Under the pieces are notes generated by a model. That model did no database searches. It was not told the origin of the DNA and saw nothing but the letters and a program-made list of their open reading frames with translations. Below, one piece after another: positions 50,901 through 63,720 of a stretch of DNA of 64,000 bases (within the stretch, counting starts at the first letter, position 1; each line of letters opens with the position of its first letter). Where the stretch lies: contig CAJINV010000016.1 in NCBI GenBank assembly GCA_905178155.1, positions 1,083,386-1,147,385 on the forward strand, in the 5' to 3' direction. The DNA comes from Amoebophrya sp. A120 (taxonomy: Eukaryota > Protista > Dinoflagellata). The position numbers and the translations under genes were made by a program.

Positions 50901-53031
50901 CTCCACCGACCAGGCGCAACAGGAATCTTTCCGCAGTGTCATACCCGGCTACATCGCAGAGAGGTGGGATTTCACAAAGCGACCGGTTTGCTACGTCGCG
51001 AAAATGTACCTGGAGGCGGTTTTTCACGCAGGTTTGGTGGACGGGAGGAAGATAAAGGACTTTAATAATGCAGAAACATCACAAGCAAGAACTTCTTCTA
51101 GCACGAAGCCGAAATCCAAAATTTCACCGGAGGTTGTCAAGTTGCACCAGGACATGCTCGATACGTTTCTGTTTTCCGGGGAAGAAGATCTTCAAGATGA
51201 AGGATATACATCCAACATTGTCAAGATCGACGGCAAAGCATCAACAGGATCATTAGCCGCGCCAGGAGCTGCTTCAGTGCTCGAGCGAGAAAAAAGCCGC
51301 GAAATCGTGTCAAGCGCCGTGAGTAGAACTCAAGTTCCTATACCGCCGCCACCGTCTCCGCCGAGAGCGGTGATTCCAGTTCCTCCGCCACCGCCTCCAC
51401 CGCCAGTGTTGCAGCTCCCTGTAGTCGACGAGGAGAAAGAACCAGCGAGCGGGTCCTCTTTCGCAGGAGGCAATAAAACGGATGGCATGACCTCGATAAT
51501 GCCACCAGTCGAATCATCTCCCTTAAGGAGCATCGGCACTGCGGATCACGATCTTTCTCTTTCACGCGACGAGGATGCAGCTGTGGTTGCTGACGCCGAA
51601 GTGGATGCAGAAAGAATCGCGAAAGAACTTCTATCCGTCCCGGGGACAGCATCTCTGCCCTCCGACGACGGCAGCTTCGCTCTCGGCAATGCGCAGCAAG
51701 AAACTGTTGTTACCCAGCCGGACCAGGATCTGCTCCAGGCGAGCATGACCACAACGAGCGACGTGAATTTAGGAAAAAGCTCCACACGAGGACAAGAGGA
51801 TGAACTCCCCCAACCAGCTCCGAGAAGCACCCTGGACTCCATTTTACCGGCGAATTACAACCAGTTTTTGTCTTCGCAACAAAGTTCATCTTTCGCAGAC
51901 CAATTACTGCAGGCGACGGAGTCTATGATGACCAACGTCGCCGAGGTTACGGAAAATCTTTCTCTGAAATACCACATCATGACTGATTTCCAGCATTTCG
52001 ACGAGGACAATACAGCGAGATCGCAGGTTCTGTGGGAAGAACTGAACAGCTGCTTGACCAAAGTCGGGTTTGGCTTTGAATTGCTCCGGGACTTGCAGGA
52101 AGTTGTGGGGTTTGATGTTTACCAAAAGGTTGAAATCCATCCTGGGTTGCGGGTTGGAAAAGCTGGTGCACCAGCGCCGACATTACCAGAGCTCGATGTC
52201 CTACCTTCGGATGTTGAAGCTGATGGTTCGAAGATGAAACTGCAAACCTGCCACGCGGAATTGCAAAAGCTTGCAGAGCAAGCCGACGTCGGGCTGAAGT
52301 GGGATTGTGGCTGTGATTTACGACCAAGTAATTTGAAGCGGTTTATGGATCAACTACAAAACGAGCAGCGGAAAATAAAAAACGAAGCGATGTCTACTTT
52401 TGCTTTGCGAAAGAGGAACGACAAGGCTCTCGTACAGTCAAGGGCCAGCTCGATGAACGCCTTCGAGGAGCAGCCGATCTTCTATTCCATGCACATGCTC
52501 GAGGAAATTTCCCGGTTGTCGGATAAAAGTTTGTCGATTCTACAGGTCGCCAGACGCTTGTTCGCCGAAATTTTGAAGCACTTGGCGAAGAACGAAGTTA
52601 GCTCCGGAAGGCTGAAATTCGGACTGCAGAATGGCGCTTGGTGGGAAGTCTGGGGTGGGAAGGGCGTGGTTGGGGAGACGGAGGACGGGCTGGACGACAC
52701 CACTTCTTCTCAACTTCGCGAAGAGACCACACCAGGAGCAGACGATAGCCATGCCGCAGCCGCGCAGCTGCCAGAAGAATCGCAACAGCACAAGAACTCT
52801 CCTGATCTACAACTTTCCGCCATCAAAGGCAAAGAACGCAACCCCTTTGCTGGCCCCGATAACGACAACCCCCTCCTGTACTACGCGAACTGCGGAATCT
52901 GCAATGCGCATGTGTGCTACTGGAACGGGTTTCATCAGTGCGAAAACTGCCTTGCGGTTTTCCACAAAAGGTGTTTCACGGTCCGGGCGAACGGGAAGTG
53001 TCCGTATTGCGCGTTTGCGGGGATTCTTTAG
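44957..53031 (+). CDS. Very large protein with a C-terminal Rubicon-homology (RH, zf-RING_9; Rubicon/PLEKHM1/DEF8-like) domain
   Basis: Spliced CPDCG...FCYYTGQIFCENCF...VIPGYIAERWDF and terminal CGIC...CENCLAVFHKRCF...CPYC; one introner plus probable GT-AG intron 50716-50896. Confidence 0.85.
50316..50626. mobile_element. Introner family D (reverse orientation)
   Basis: Perfect DR CAACA. Confidence 0.93.
50716..50896 (+). other. Probable canonical GT-AG intron
   Basis: GTACGT...ATCACAG; phase 1 at both ends; joins MSPG-SSTDQ in frame. Confidence 0.6.
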
Positions 53032-55111
53032 TTCGGTGGGCCGCGCGTGGTCGTATGTCGATGTCCTCGTCGACCTCGCCCCGATGAACATGGATGGTTT
53101 GTATTTTTCCTGCTGTTCCCGAATCCGAATGAATTTGAACATAAGTAACGTGCCGAGAAGATTGAACTGGCGACCTGACTACATGTTGGTGGTCTTCTTG
53201 TTGGCGCTACTAGGTCTTATAAAAAAAGTGGCAAGTTGTAGATGAATGCTGGCTGTTGATGAAAAAACGACAAGAAAAATGATGCTAGTAGTCCTACAAC
53301 GCTCACAACGTCAATGACAACGCGTGAAACTACATCGCGCGACTGAAAAGATGAAGTTCGCACACGGTGTTGTTTCCGGTTCTGCTTGTTTTGGACGCTG
53401 CTTGTCACGTCGATATGTGGATGATCCTGCTGCGTTGTGTCGAGATGAGTATGAGGAGAGTAAATGCGCGGTATTGATGAAAGTGAGTAAAAGAACTAAA
53501 ACGTAATATATACTTTTCTCAACGAGTGCGAGAGTGAGGCGAGGCTGCAGATTGTGCTAGCCCAGTTGAGACGGAGCGGAGTTCATCGAGCACCGCTCTC
53601 ACAGAACCTAGGCCCAGAAGTTCGAGCGCTTTGCGGCCGTTTTTGTTGCGATGCAGAAGCTCCAGGCCGTCGCGTATGAATGGCGCGCCCAAGAGTTATT
53701 AAGCGCCGCGCTGCTCGTTTGTTGAGCGTTGCTGGCCCCCCCCCTGTAGGCAGGAAAGAAATGCGAAAGGACCGACGCAGGCGGCCGGCCGACCCGGCAC
53801 CGAGCTAGAAGCTGCGCCGCCCAATAATGCGCCGGCTTCGGGACGCCTGTAAACTTCAGCCGCGCCCGCGTCGGCTTCCGCCTCGCGACGCGGCTGCAAC
53901 GACAAACAAAGACGACACGGCGGTCCTTGGCCGAAGCCGTCCGGGTGAGATGCGCCCCACCCTTCGCGCGACGCGTTGCCTCGCTTGGCTTGCCCTGCCC
54001 GCCCTTCGGGCCTTGTGCTCTTCCCTTGCTTCGGGCCCCCTCTTCTTTGGCGGCCCTTTTTTCGCAGAGTTGCCCGCCTCCTATTGGCGCTTGGGCGTGC
54101 CAGGTTGGCCCCTTTGGCGGCCCTCATACCAGTGGGCCCGGAGGCCGCGGAGAAGACGATCCAGCTCTTCTTCCCCCCGGTTGAAAATGCGGAACTGGAC
54201 GAGGAGGATGGGCGGGCGGGTGGTGAAGGGAAGAAAACGGCCCACCGCGCGAGAAATATTTCGGACGTGGAAGCTGGCGCGCTCGGGTTGTTGGCCGGCC
54301 CCCCCGGCTCCGACCGGCCGCCCGCGCCTCTGTCTGTCTCTCTCGGCCTGTGTGCCATCAGGCGCTTCGCGCTCGCGCGCCGCGCCGCGGGCGCGCTCTC
54401 TCACTATGGCCGGCATAACTGCGCCCGCGTCGCCACCCGTTTTTATTGTTTGGCGAAATTGCGGGCGCGGGCGCCGGTCAGTGTGTGTCCCCCCCCACCC
54501 CGCCTGGCCGTTGGTGAGGCTTCCTGCTGCTCAAGGGGGTGCGCGGCTGAAGAGCTGCGCGCTCAGGCAGGCGCCGCGCCTGGGCCGCTCAAGAATGCGC
54601 ATTGGCCTCGCGTCGGGTCGCGGCATTGATGCGCGATCTTTGTGGCTGTGTCCTCACTCCTCGTATTCTTTCTTTCGATTCTGTTGTCGCTGTCCGCCAG
54701 TAAAAATCGCAGTCGCGAACTTGCCCTGTGGGAAGTGACATACGGGCATGGCCCCGCTCTCCTTGTTTCACTAGTGTCTGCTTGGAGGAGAGGTAGCCGT
54801 CTGATCGAGGTGCAGGAGAGCAGGCGAGTGACATGTACAACTCCACTCACAGAACGACACTCGAGCATGAGGGTGTTATTCGTGTTGAGACGCGTGTATT
54901 GGGTTTGAAGGAGACTCGAGATTGTAGGTCTCTTCAGAGTAAATAAATTCAAGAATTACCAATTGTCATTGATACTAAGCGAAGATATAATCCAGAAGAC
55001 ATGAAGGCGAAGTTGTGACGTGCGTAAATGTAGAGAACAGTAGACGAGTCCCAAGGTGCTTCAGCTCAGATCACGCTCCGTATCTCTTCTATCACGAACA
55101 ACAACAGCAAC

Positions 55112-58100
55112 ATGGCATCCACATCTTCTCGCCGCCCAACCCGGCTCCTTGTCGGCAGTCTCGCTGCTTGGTTCGGAGCAAGGACTATCGCATCATCTTC
55201 GAAGTCATCCAAACCCACAACCCAGTCGTCTGCGGACGAAGTTCTGCTCAACTCCGTCGGGGAAGTGGAAGAAGATCTTGTCTCGTCCACCACTAGTCAA
55301 CGCGCGTTAGAAGAAGGAAGCTCTACTTCAGCATCAGCAAGTGGAGTCGCAACATCGTCCAAGAGCTCCAGTAGTAGAAATGCGAAGCAGAAGCAACTCC
55401 GGCGACACGTCGCTGCGGATACCCATACCTCACCAACTGCTGATGACGTCAAAATACCAGCACCATCACAGGCTGCAAGTGCCTCTGCCTCGTCGAAAAA
55501 GGAATTTCTGGACCACCTGGGCGCGCTGTCGACCTCTTATCTCGAGAAACATGCGAGCAGATCGAAAAAGAAACAAAAGGCCGCACGGCTTGCTTCTTCC
55601 ACGTCCTCGGCACGACGCATTAGTAGGAGAGAAACGCCCACCACAGCACCCTCCAGGACGGCGCACGCTGCTCACGACAGCAGAAATACTTCAAAAATCC
55701 TAATTTACGCGCGGCCTCATAATTGTGCTTTTTTGACACGACTTTTGTAACAAAGCGAGAGGAGCAACGCCGAGAAACTGGAGCAGCTCGACAAGGGAGG
55801 AAGGGCAACGCAGAAAAGCGCCCAAAATTTTTCTTTTTGGTTCCAAGGCTCCACAGTGCTTGGCTTTAGCTAAAAAACTGCCGGGCCTAGCAATCCAAAG
55901 TAAGTACTTGGCTTTGCCTCAAATACCTGTGGTATGCTGGATTCTAATTGTAATTTCAGGATTTGGAGGTCTGAAATTAGAATCCAGCGTGCCGTCGGTG
56001 TTTGAGGCAAAAAACGATGGCACTACAACGCGGAAGGGGGGATCCGGCGAGTTCGTGTAAGTCGAAAATGGACTTACACGAACTCGCCAGTCGGGCGCCC
56101 GACTGGCGAGTTCGTGTAAGTCGATTTCGACTTACACGCGATTTCGACCTTCCTCGTGTCAGTGACACGCGACCATCCTAAAAGAAAATCCATCTCCGGA
56201 GTTCGTGTCAGTGGAAATCGACTTACACGAACTCGGCAGATCCCCCCTTCTGAATTGTAGTGCCGTCGTGTTTAACGTCGAAAACCGACGGTACGCTGGA
56301 TCGCCAAAAACCCTCACCCGCAACACAAATCCTCAAACATTTCTGGGACCCAGAGAGCCCTCTGCTACGCCCCTGTTTCTCCAGGTGGTCATAGAAAAAT
56401 TTTTGCGCGCTGCGCGCGCGTAAATGCCCCCTACGCCATGTGCAGCCACGAGTCAAAAGAAAAAACTCGCTCACGCGCCGCGCGCGAACCACTTCAAACC
56501 ACACCAGACTTCGTCCCGCAAGAAGTACGTCTGTCAGCGTCAAAAAAGTAAGAGATTAAGAGGCCGCGCTTAAATTTGGCCAGTCGAAGTACCCACGAAC
56601 GAGCACGAGTGTTTGACGCGGCGAGAAATATTAAATCCAACCACCAGAACTCTCCCTCTACCCCCACTTCCAAAATCAATCGGCTTCAAGACTTTCTCAA
56701 CAGCGTCGGGACCACTGCGTCGAGGCTGATTCCAACCTGGATTTCGGACAAATTCGAATTCAAAAAGGACCACCGGTACAAAACCATGCGGGATTTGTAC
56801 CAGCACCACAAATGGGACAAGGAAAAACCGTTCAGAAACAAGAGCAACCGACGCCAGCAACTTCTGGAACAACAGATCACCATCACAAGAAATGTGACGG
56901 GCGCCGAAGCGGGGCCACTGACGGTCGACCAGGAGTGCGACACGGAGGCGGCGAAGGATTCCGACTCGGCGGATTGCAAGGATTCCTGCCTCGCGTTCTA
57001 CGCTAACTGCTGGGATCCGCCACTGCAGCCGAGTGACACGGCGCCGTACCAGTTTAGCAGTGACGACACGGAAGACAAAGGGGACGGTTCGTCGCGCGTC
57101 ATCTGCGACGACGCTTGTCAGGCGGCCGAGGAGAAGTTTGGCAAAGATTGCCCATCGTCCTTCATAGGGATATGCATTGCAAATATGTCTGGGTCTGGAA
57201 GGATGCAACTTGTCACGCTGGATTTGGTTTCTACAATAAATCTGTATTGCATGAACAGCAAGAGAGGTCCGGTTTTTGCCACGGCAAGAGGGCATTTCTC
57301 ATGCAGTATAGGCATCAGGAAGCCCTCCTAAAATCTGTGATGCTAGGGCATGCATCACAGTAGACATCAGGAATCATGCAAAATGTGCATGACAAACCTT
57401 CCAGACCCAGACACATTTGCATTTGATGAGGGATGACGATGGACGATTCGGAGGAGGAGGAGGAAGGCGGTGAGGACGACGGCAAGGACTTCTGCGACGC
57501 GTTGGACGATTTGGGGAACGCACTGATGACGTGGTATATGCAAAAATGCAAATTTAGTTACAACCCCCGTACACTGAGACACTGACGAACGCGAAGTGGT
57601 GACTTCTGACTTGTTTTACAAATTCACTTCCCATCGCCCTGCAGTACTTACATTCCGACTTTTCAACAGGCTGAATGAGATCGAGGAAGTACAGGTTTGT
57701 CATGCAATTAGGACAGCAAGTATTGAATACTTGCATTCCATTTGTACAAATGGAATGCTGTATTCCATTTGTACTTCATCGCGATGTAGTGCATCATGTA
57801 CGGGAAAACGAAATTTGTTGTGCATATACTACCTCATGATGGTGACTATGATTTTCCTCGCGATCTGCATTCCGGCTACCTGCATTGTCGTGTGCTGCTG
57901 TGGAGGCTGTGCGGTCTTCCTGTATTGAGATAATTTTCTGCCTATTTGAGTACGTACATTGTGTTGAGGACAATTTTTCTTTCAGGATGGTGCGCGTAGC
58001 TGTGTAGTCTCTCTTACTTTATTTGTCGGAAGATGGTGCACGTGTTCTTACGCTTGCACATCAAAATCAACATGATGACTGACAGGAGATGAAAACGATG

Positions 58101-58325
58101 TCTCGCATGAAGAAACTTTAACGTTGGATGAGCTCACTGCACACTATCAGGGGTAAGATGACCGGAAAGGGAGCGGCTGCGGGTGCGAATGCAGGCGAAG
58201 CGCAGGCGGCGGGAGGCTATGGTGACGGTGGCGATGGTGGCGGTGGCGATGGTGGCGATGGTGGCGGTGGCGATGGTGGCGATGGTGGCGATGGTGGCGA
58301 TGGTGGCGGTGGCTATGGCTACTAG
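55112..58325 (+). CDS. Putative single-pass membrane protein: Ser-rich N-terminus, Cys-rich domain, TM helix with CCC, GGD-repeat tail
   Basis: ORF pieces 55112, 56576 (same frame), 57429-57536, 57827-57921, 58151-58325; the join across 55687-56591 is unresolved. Confidence 0.65.
55687..56591. mobile_element. ~900-bp TIR element with nested foldback core, not of the TAT/5-bp type
   Basis: Ends TACTTC......CCTAATTTACGCGCGGCCTC / GAGGCCGCGCTTAAATTTGG......GAAGTA; inner inverted arms 55982-56063 and 56218-56301. Confidence 0.7.
57171..57428. mobile_element. Introner family B
   Basis: Perfect DR AGGGA; ends ATG. Confidence 0.93.
57537..57826. mobile_element. Introner, singleton family J
   Basis: TATGCA..AA..CAAATTT...CCCGTACA inverted at the right end; DR TGGTA/TACTA; frame gives TWYLMMVT. 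Confidence 0.75.
57922..58150 (+). other. Probable canonical GT-AG intron
   Basis: GTATTGAG...TATCAG; phase 2 at both ends; joins AVFL-GKMTG. Confidence 0.6.
58220..58320 (+). repeat. Coding tandem repeat (GGTGGCGAT)n encoding GGD
   Basis: Directly visible. Confidence 0.9.
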
Positions 58326-59173
58326 TGGCACTTGTCTCTCATGTTCCAACGCGAGTCAACACCTCGACATCACGGCACCTTGTACGATTAGAAGTTTCAA
58401 AAACAAACAGAAAAATGTAATAATGAACCTGTAGCAAATTATCACGTTCTGTATTTCCTACCGAGACCAAAGCAAATCATACCTACCACCCCAAGGTGCA
58501 ATCCAGAAAAGTCCGTCAACCTTTTTCCGCCCTAGCCTCGTTGCAACAGATTACCTGTGTTGCAGCAAAGTCGGACTTAGACGACTTTTTTCTTTCAGTT
58601 CTCGTTGAAATGACTTGCTGACATGGTACTTTCTATATGCAGTGTACGAAGATCACCGAAAGTACTGGCAGCGTGCTCTTCAGCCGGCAGGTAGCCTGAA
58701 AAATAAACAATAACAAAGATCCATTTACTTAGGTCATGATGAAGATCAAGTAGGAGAAGAGAAGTCAATGACTTCTCTAATGGGATCGGTAGTGCATCAG
58801 GCATTGGAGGATTTCTTGTTTTCCGATTGATCAAAGATCGAGGAAAAGAACGAAAAGAAAGTGATCAAGATGTTCGTGCCTGAATTCGAAAAGTCGGTGT
58901 AGTTTTTTCTGTGGTCATTTCTGACCCGTCTTGACCCGGAAGATGCATTGGTCTGGCGAACTATCATACACTAGCTCTTTGCTGCTCTACAGTTTTCTCT
59001 TACTACATTTTGGACAACTTCTACGGAACTTTTTCTTTGACCTGCGAATTCTACTGCTTCCGTATCCGTTACTGGTGATACTCCTTTCTTGCTGACCTCG
59101 AAGTTCCTGTTCTATCTGATCAAATATTTTATATTCTTGAGTTGCTGTACCTGACCTTCGCTCCTGCGTCTGG

Positions 59174-61316
59174 ATGACAACGGCAGGTAGAGTCTCCTAC
59201 TGTTCGTCAAAGCATTTTCTCTCTCCCGAGCTACTATTTGCAAAACCGCGAACAGCCTACTCGTATTTGGCATGTTGTCGACCATCATCCACCGCAAAGC
59301 CGGTTTGGAATGTGTCCCCTTGCTCCTCCCCAGTAGTCACAAGCAGCTGGCGCGGCCCCTGCAACTTGGTTATCAAGGCGAAAGCAGTGCCCTTCAGTAC
59401 TAGTTCCTTTGAGAATCTGAATCATTTAACTGCCACCACAACTGACATCACTTTCAAGACAAAAATCATGCCCAGTCTTGTCCCCCCGACGGCAAGCGCA
59501 AGTAGTAACAAGATTGCGGTACTTACTACGGCCGCGGCCTCCACGTCTGTCGATGTTGTTGCACCGGATATTACCTCCTGCGGTGCAGGAGCCCCTTCCA
59601 CAATCACCTCCAATGACGCAGCTACACCGAGAATAAAGCAGGACGAACATCATGATCGTCAAGAAAATCCGATCAAGCGCAAAGCTTCCGCGGAGATAGG
59701 GAAGGGAAATTTCACTGCGACAGAAAACAGAAGCCGGAATAAAAAAAGCGCGACGACTGTAGCGACAAATCATGAAATGAGCAAAAAGAAAAATCCGTGG
59801 TCCAACGAAGACAACACCGGTGTGAGCAGAACGTACTTCCAGCATTTTTACCACGATATTCTGGAAACGCAGAACGTGGAGAAGTTCCACGATTACTTCA
59901 CGGAGGACTGCGAAATTTCGATCAACGGAATACAGTACGACGCAAAAGGGTTCACGTCGCGGATGGAGTGGCTTATTAAGAGGACAAGTCCCCCCTTCCC
60001 ATATCAAAATGGAAGTCTGTGATGCGGGATTTGTGTACACAATTCATTTTGTCATGCTAGAAGGGAACTGATGCGGACAGTGGTGCTGGCAGCTGGCGTA
60101 GGAATGCCTCGCGGCCTGAGCATGACAGGAAGCAACTGGAAACGGGAAACAGCATGACCAATTGCCTGCAAACGAGGGTGGAGCAGCTGCGTCTCTTAGC
60201 CTGCTAGCAACACAAGTCGACTTGTGTACTCAAATACAGCAGCACAAATCTCGTTTTCGCTATTGGGAGGGGGATTTTTCCTTGCGATATGGCTGCGAGA
60301 AAACACGTATGAACTGCAAAAGTATCGTACTCGTATAAATGCATGACAAATTCCCTCAGCATGAGAAATGAAATTTGTAATGCGGATTTACGTTGAGAAA
60401 AAAAATTGTAATGCATGATTGCAATACGAATACGATGCTTTTGCACAGGATAACACGGAGTGGATCAAGGTGAAGGTTTTGAACAGCTCCGTGTCTATGG
60501 AACTGTCAGAATCGAAACCAACAAAATCGAAATAATTTGTGATGCATGAAATCGATACCACTTGGAGCCCCAGTTTCCAAGTGGCGCATGAGAAATTTCG
60601 GACGCTGCACCAACATCCAGTCTGCCATGCTGTTTGGGCAAAGAAGACTGCTCTTGTCATGCTGCTCTGGCAGGAGCACATCGGCTTCGCCTAAAGTAGA
60701 GGCTTGCAATTGGTCTCATTTATTGCCTGCTTCCCAATACAGGCCTTGCGTGCCCTACATTTCATGCATTTTCGATTTTGTCGATTTTGTCGATTTCGAT
60801 CTCGATCCTGACACTCCCATAGTGTCGAACTGCGGGTTGAAAATTTCCGACGCGCACGAGTCGGTGGGGATGAAAAAAGTAAAACGTGCCAGTCAAGAAC
60901 TACCGGACCGGACGTCGGAGAGTTGTGAGTCCTCTTCTAGGATTTCTTCTTTCGTGCGCGCTATGGTGCTGCAAATCAGTGATTTGTGTCCGCGGACTTT
61001 TCGCATCCGCAAGTTTTTTGATGCCACCTACCATCCGCAGGATCATGTTAGTGCGGCAAGAAGTGGCGTAGTAGTAGAAGGTGGTGCCGTGAACGCTGAG
61101 ACGGGAGTAGACGACGTGGTCACGGAACGGATGGAGACATCTGCGCACGCGCGAACAGGAGAACCCCGATCTGCATCTAGTGTGCAGACGGAACAGCATT
61201 CAGTTTCAGCCTCTGATTCTTGTGTTTGTGATAAGGATCATCTCGTCCCAGCAGTAGAACGGGGACAAGAAGAAGCTTTAGCACGAAAAACCTCTTTTTC
61301 CCTTCCTGGGTGTTGA
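59174..61316 (+). CDS. NTF2/SnoaL-like fold protein; 3 introners (start could be 59468)
   Basis: Spliced YFQHFYHDILETQNVEKFHDYFTEDCEISINGIQYDAKGFTSRMEWLRENTEWIKVKVLNSSVSNCG...RIRKFFDATY. Confidence 0.7.
59974..60289. mobile_element. Introner family F
   Basis: Perfect DR TGGCT. Confidence 0.92.
60308..60452. mobile_element. Introner family A
   Basis: Perfect DR ACACG. Confidence 0.95.
60496..60821. mobile_element. Introner family D (reverse orientation)
   Basis: Perfect DR GTGTC. Confidence 0.92.
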
Positions 61317-62248
61317 AGGTTAGGTGATACATGAAAAGCGCAGCTGCGACAGGCTCGGTTTTCCGTAGCCCCATCGCCAAAATCGCCAACCGCAGGGCTG
61401 CAAGCTCAGCGATTGGCGATTTTGCTGGGCCAATGTTCTTGACTAGAGAACTCTTCTAGTCGTGTACTATTACTTACAGTTGAGAATCAACAGCAACAGG
61501 TGGCACCGATCACAGAGCGTTAGTTTATTGTGATAGTGAAAAATGATGATGAAGAGTACGTATACGAAGAATGTGGATTACACATTCAAAGACACCTTTG
61601 GTGTAAATGCGCCACTCACGTCGGACTCCGAGAAATATTCAAAAAATGCATGTGATTTTCAAATTATGTGATAAGGACGATACAAAGAGAATCATATTTG
61701 CCCCCCTTGCAGCACGGGCGCCACGGCCGCCTCATCGCGTGCGTCGCGTGGTTTACTTCGCAAGGAACGTTGAATCAGAAATAGGCTCCGTGTCTGCGGA
61801 TCGATTTGAAGTGTCTTGGAAGCGAAGGCCGCGGGTCTGCATCCACATGGAAGTGAGTTTATCGTCCGTTGTATTTCACCACATCGGTCAGTCACAGTCT
61901 GAGTGTGCGGCTGAGGGCCCTGAGTTACGGAACATCAACATGCTTTGTTCGTGAGCGAGGAAACAGATATCTTCCGTGAAGATTGTGTGTTGGGATGAAG
62001 CACAGTCGCAGACTCAAATGCTCTCTAGTGTGTGAGATGAACAAGAAGTGACGAGAGAGAAAGATGTTTTCGATGTTGTTCAACCTCTCCTCGTTCTCCC
62101 GACCTAGCGCGACCTGAGCAGTCATCGCCTAGGATGGTAGATCTACGTATTGTACACTCACTGTGAACTTATTTTCGTTCGGCCAGGACGAGAAACGAGA
62201 AGTAGTGAGCGTCAATGATGTGGTACTAGAAGTAGAACCAGTACGAGA

Positions 62249-63720
62249 ATGACAGCACAACAAACGACCACCAGGACGAGCAGGGGAAATGCAGCTGCGC
62301 CGACAGTAAAAACATCGGCTCGTCGCGGCCGTTCCGCCCTTTTATTCTCGCGCCTACCCTTGGTGATCAAGAGCAGCTCTTGCATCCTTCTGTTCTCGCC
62401 CGGAGGTGTCTCTGGCAACCGTAACGGTCAATCGTCGCAACAAGATAAATCTTCTAGTGCTAGTGGACGACCATTGGCATCAACTTCAGCCGCAGGAGAA
62501 GATCATACCGCTCTCTTTAGTACCGGCCTACCGCGATCCGCTTCCGCTGCAACCTCATCAGCAAGAACTGCGGTGTCGTCGGATCATCGCGCTTTTACCA
62601 CCGGAAAAGCAGATAGCGTGTTCCTGGACTCTGTTGGCGACGTCGATGAAGATTCTGGTGCTGCGTTACTACTAGATGGAAATGGCTCAGTGTCGGCTAC
62701 CACGTCGGGCAGCAAGGAGAGAAACAATGGTAGACTACGACGCAACACGAAAACGAAATCAGGATCAGCTCCAAGAACATCTTCCTCACAGTCGGCTAGT
62801 GAACTACAACTGGCTTTGGATCATCCCAGCATGATGCCCCATGATCATGTGCCTGGTCACGACGTGAGCGTCGATTCTGCGCCAGTACAGCGCGTGAGCA
62901 AGTCGTCGCCGCTGGAGCTGCACCCCCTCCAAGGAGACAACTCGACTAAGAACAAGAAGTCACCACCTGCTGCCGTGCGCAAAGAAAAAGATGGAAGTTC
63001 TCTGTCTGTTCAGCAAGAAAAACAGCACACAACAAGCAGAACAACTTCGGGAAGAGACGAGTCGTCGAGAATAAACGCAGCAGACGTCTCCTCGAAGCAG
63101 AACAACCCCGGGCAACCTCCGTTCTCCCGTCAGCAACATACTGTTCCGGCGGAAGGAGCAAGCAGCTTCCTGGAACAAGTTTTGCTACGAATCGTCTCCG
63201 TTCCCAAATTTACGAAGCGTCTGCGCCAGAAAGCTTTCGGAAGCAGAACGGAACCTGCGTCAACCGGCAAGAACCTCCTCCTGCAAACCCAGCATCTGAA
63301 GAGCAACCGAGCAAGCGACCACGAGCCCAGTTACCTCATGACGGTGACGGAATATTGTGAAGCGGAGGCATATCGTATGCAAGAGAAAATAACCTGGGTA
63401 CGTTTAAGTCTGTAATGCGATCATGCAACACGAACACTCACAGTTACACTTGTCAACATGCTGGCCAGCCATGGGAAGCTATTTGTTTTTCATCGCGTTT
63501 TGTTTTCAACTACTAACTAGTTGAGCATCACATTAACAGGCTTTCTGTGTGGTCATGCAGAAGAGATTTGTCATGCTGTCTCTCCACGAGACCTACACTA
63601 ACACAGTTTTTCTCTTGGATATATCGGACATGCATACCAAGCTCTACTTTCCTTGATCCATCGGAGATCAAAAGAGTGTCTGTAAGCGGTTCAGGCCGTT
63701 TTTTCACATTGAGATGATGA
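62249..63720 (+). CDS. Ser-rich hypothetical protein; may continue past a GT intron near 63682
   Basis: 388-aa ORF rejoined as EAYR-TCIPSS after removing the introner; 3' end approximate. Confidence 0.6.
63376..63621. mobile_element. Introner, family G-like
   Basis: TATGCAAGAGAAAA / TTTTCTCTTGGATA; perfect DR TATCG. Confidence 0.9.

Noticed and set aside
53699-54738. ORFs of 217-303 aa on both strands
   Set aside because: Same GC-rich shadow-ORF pattern
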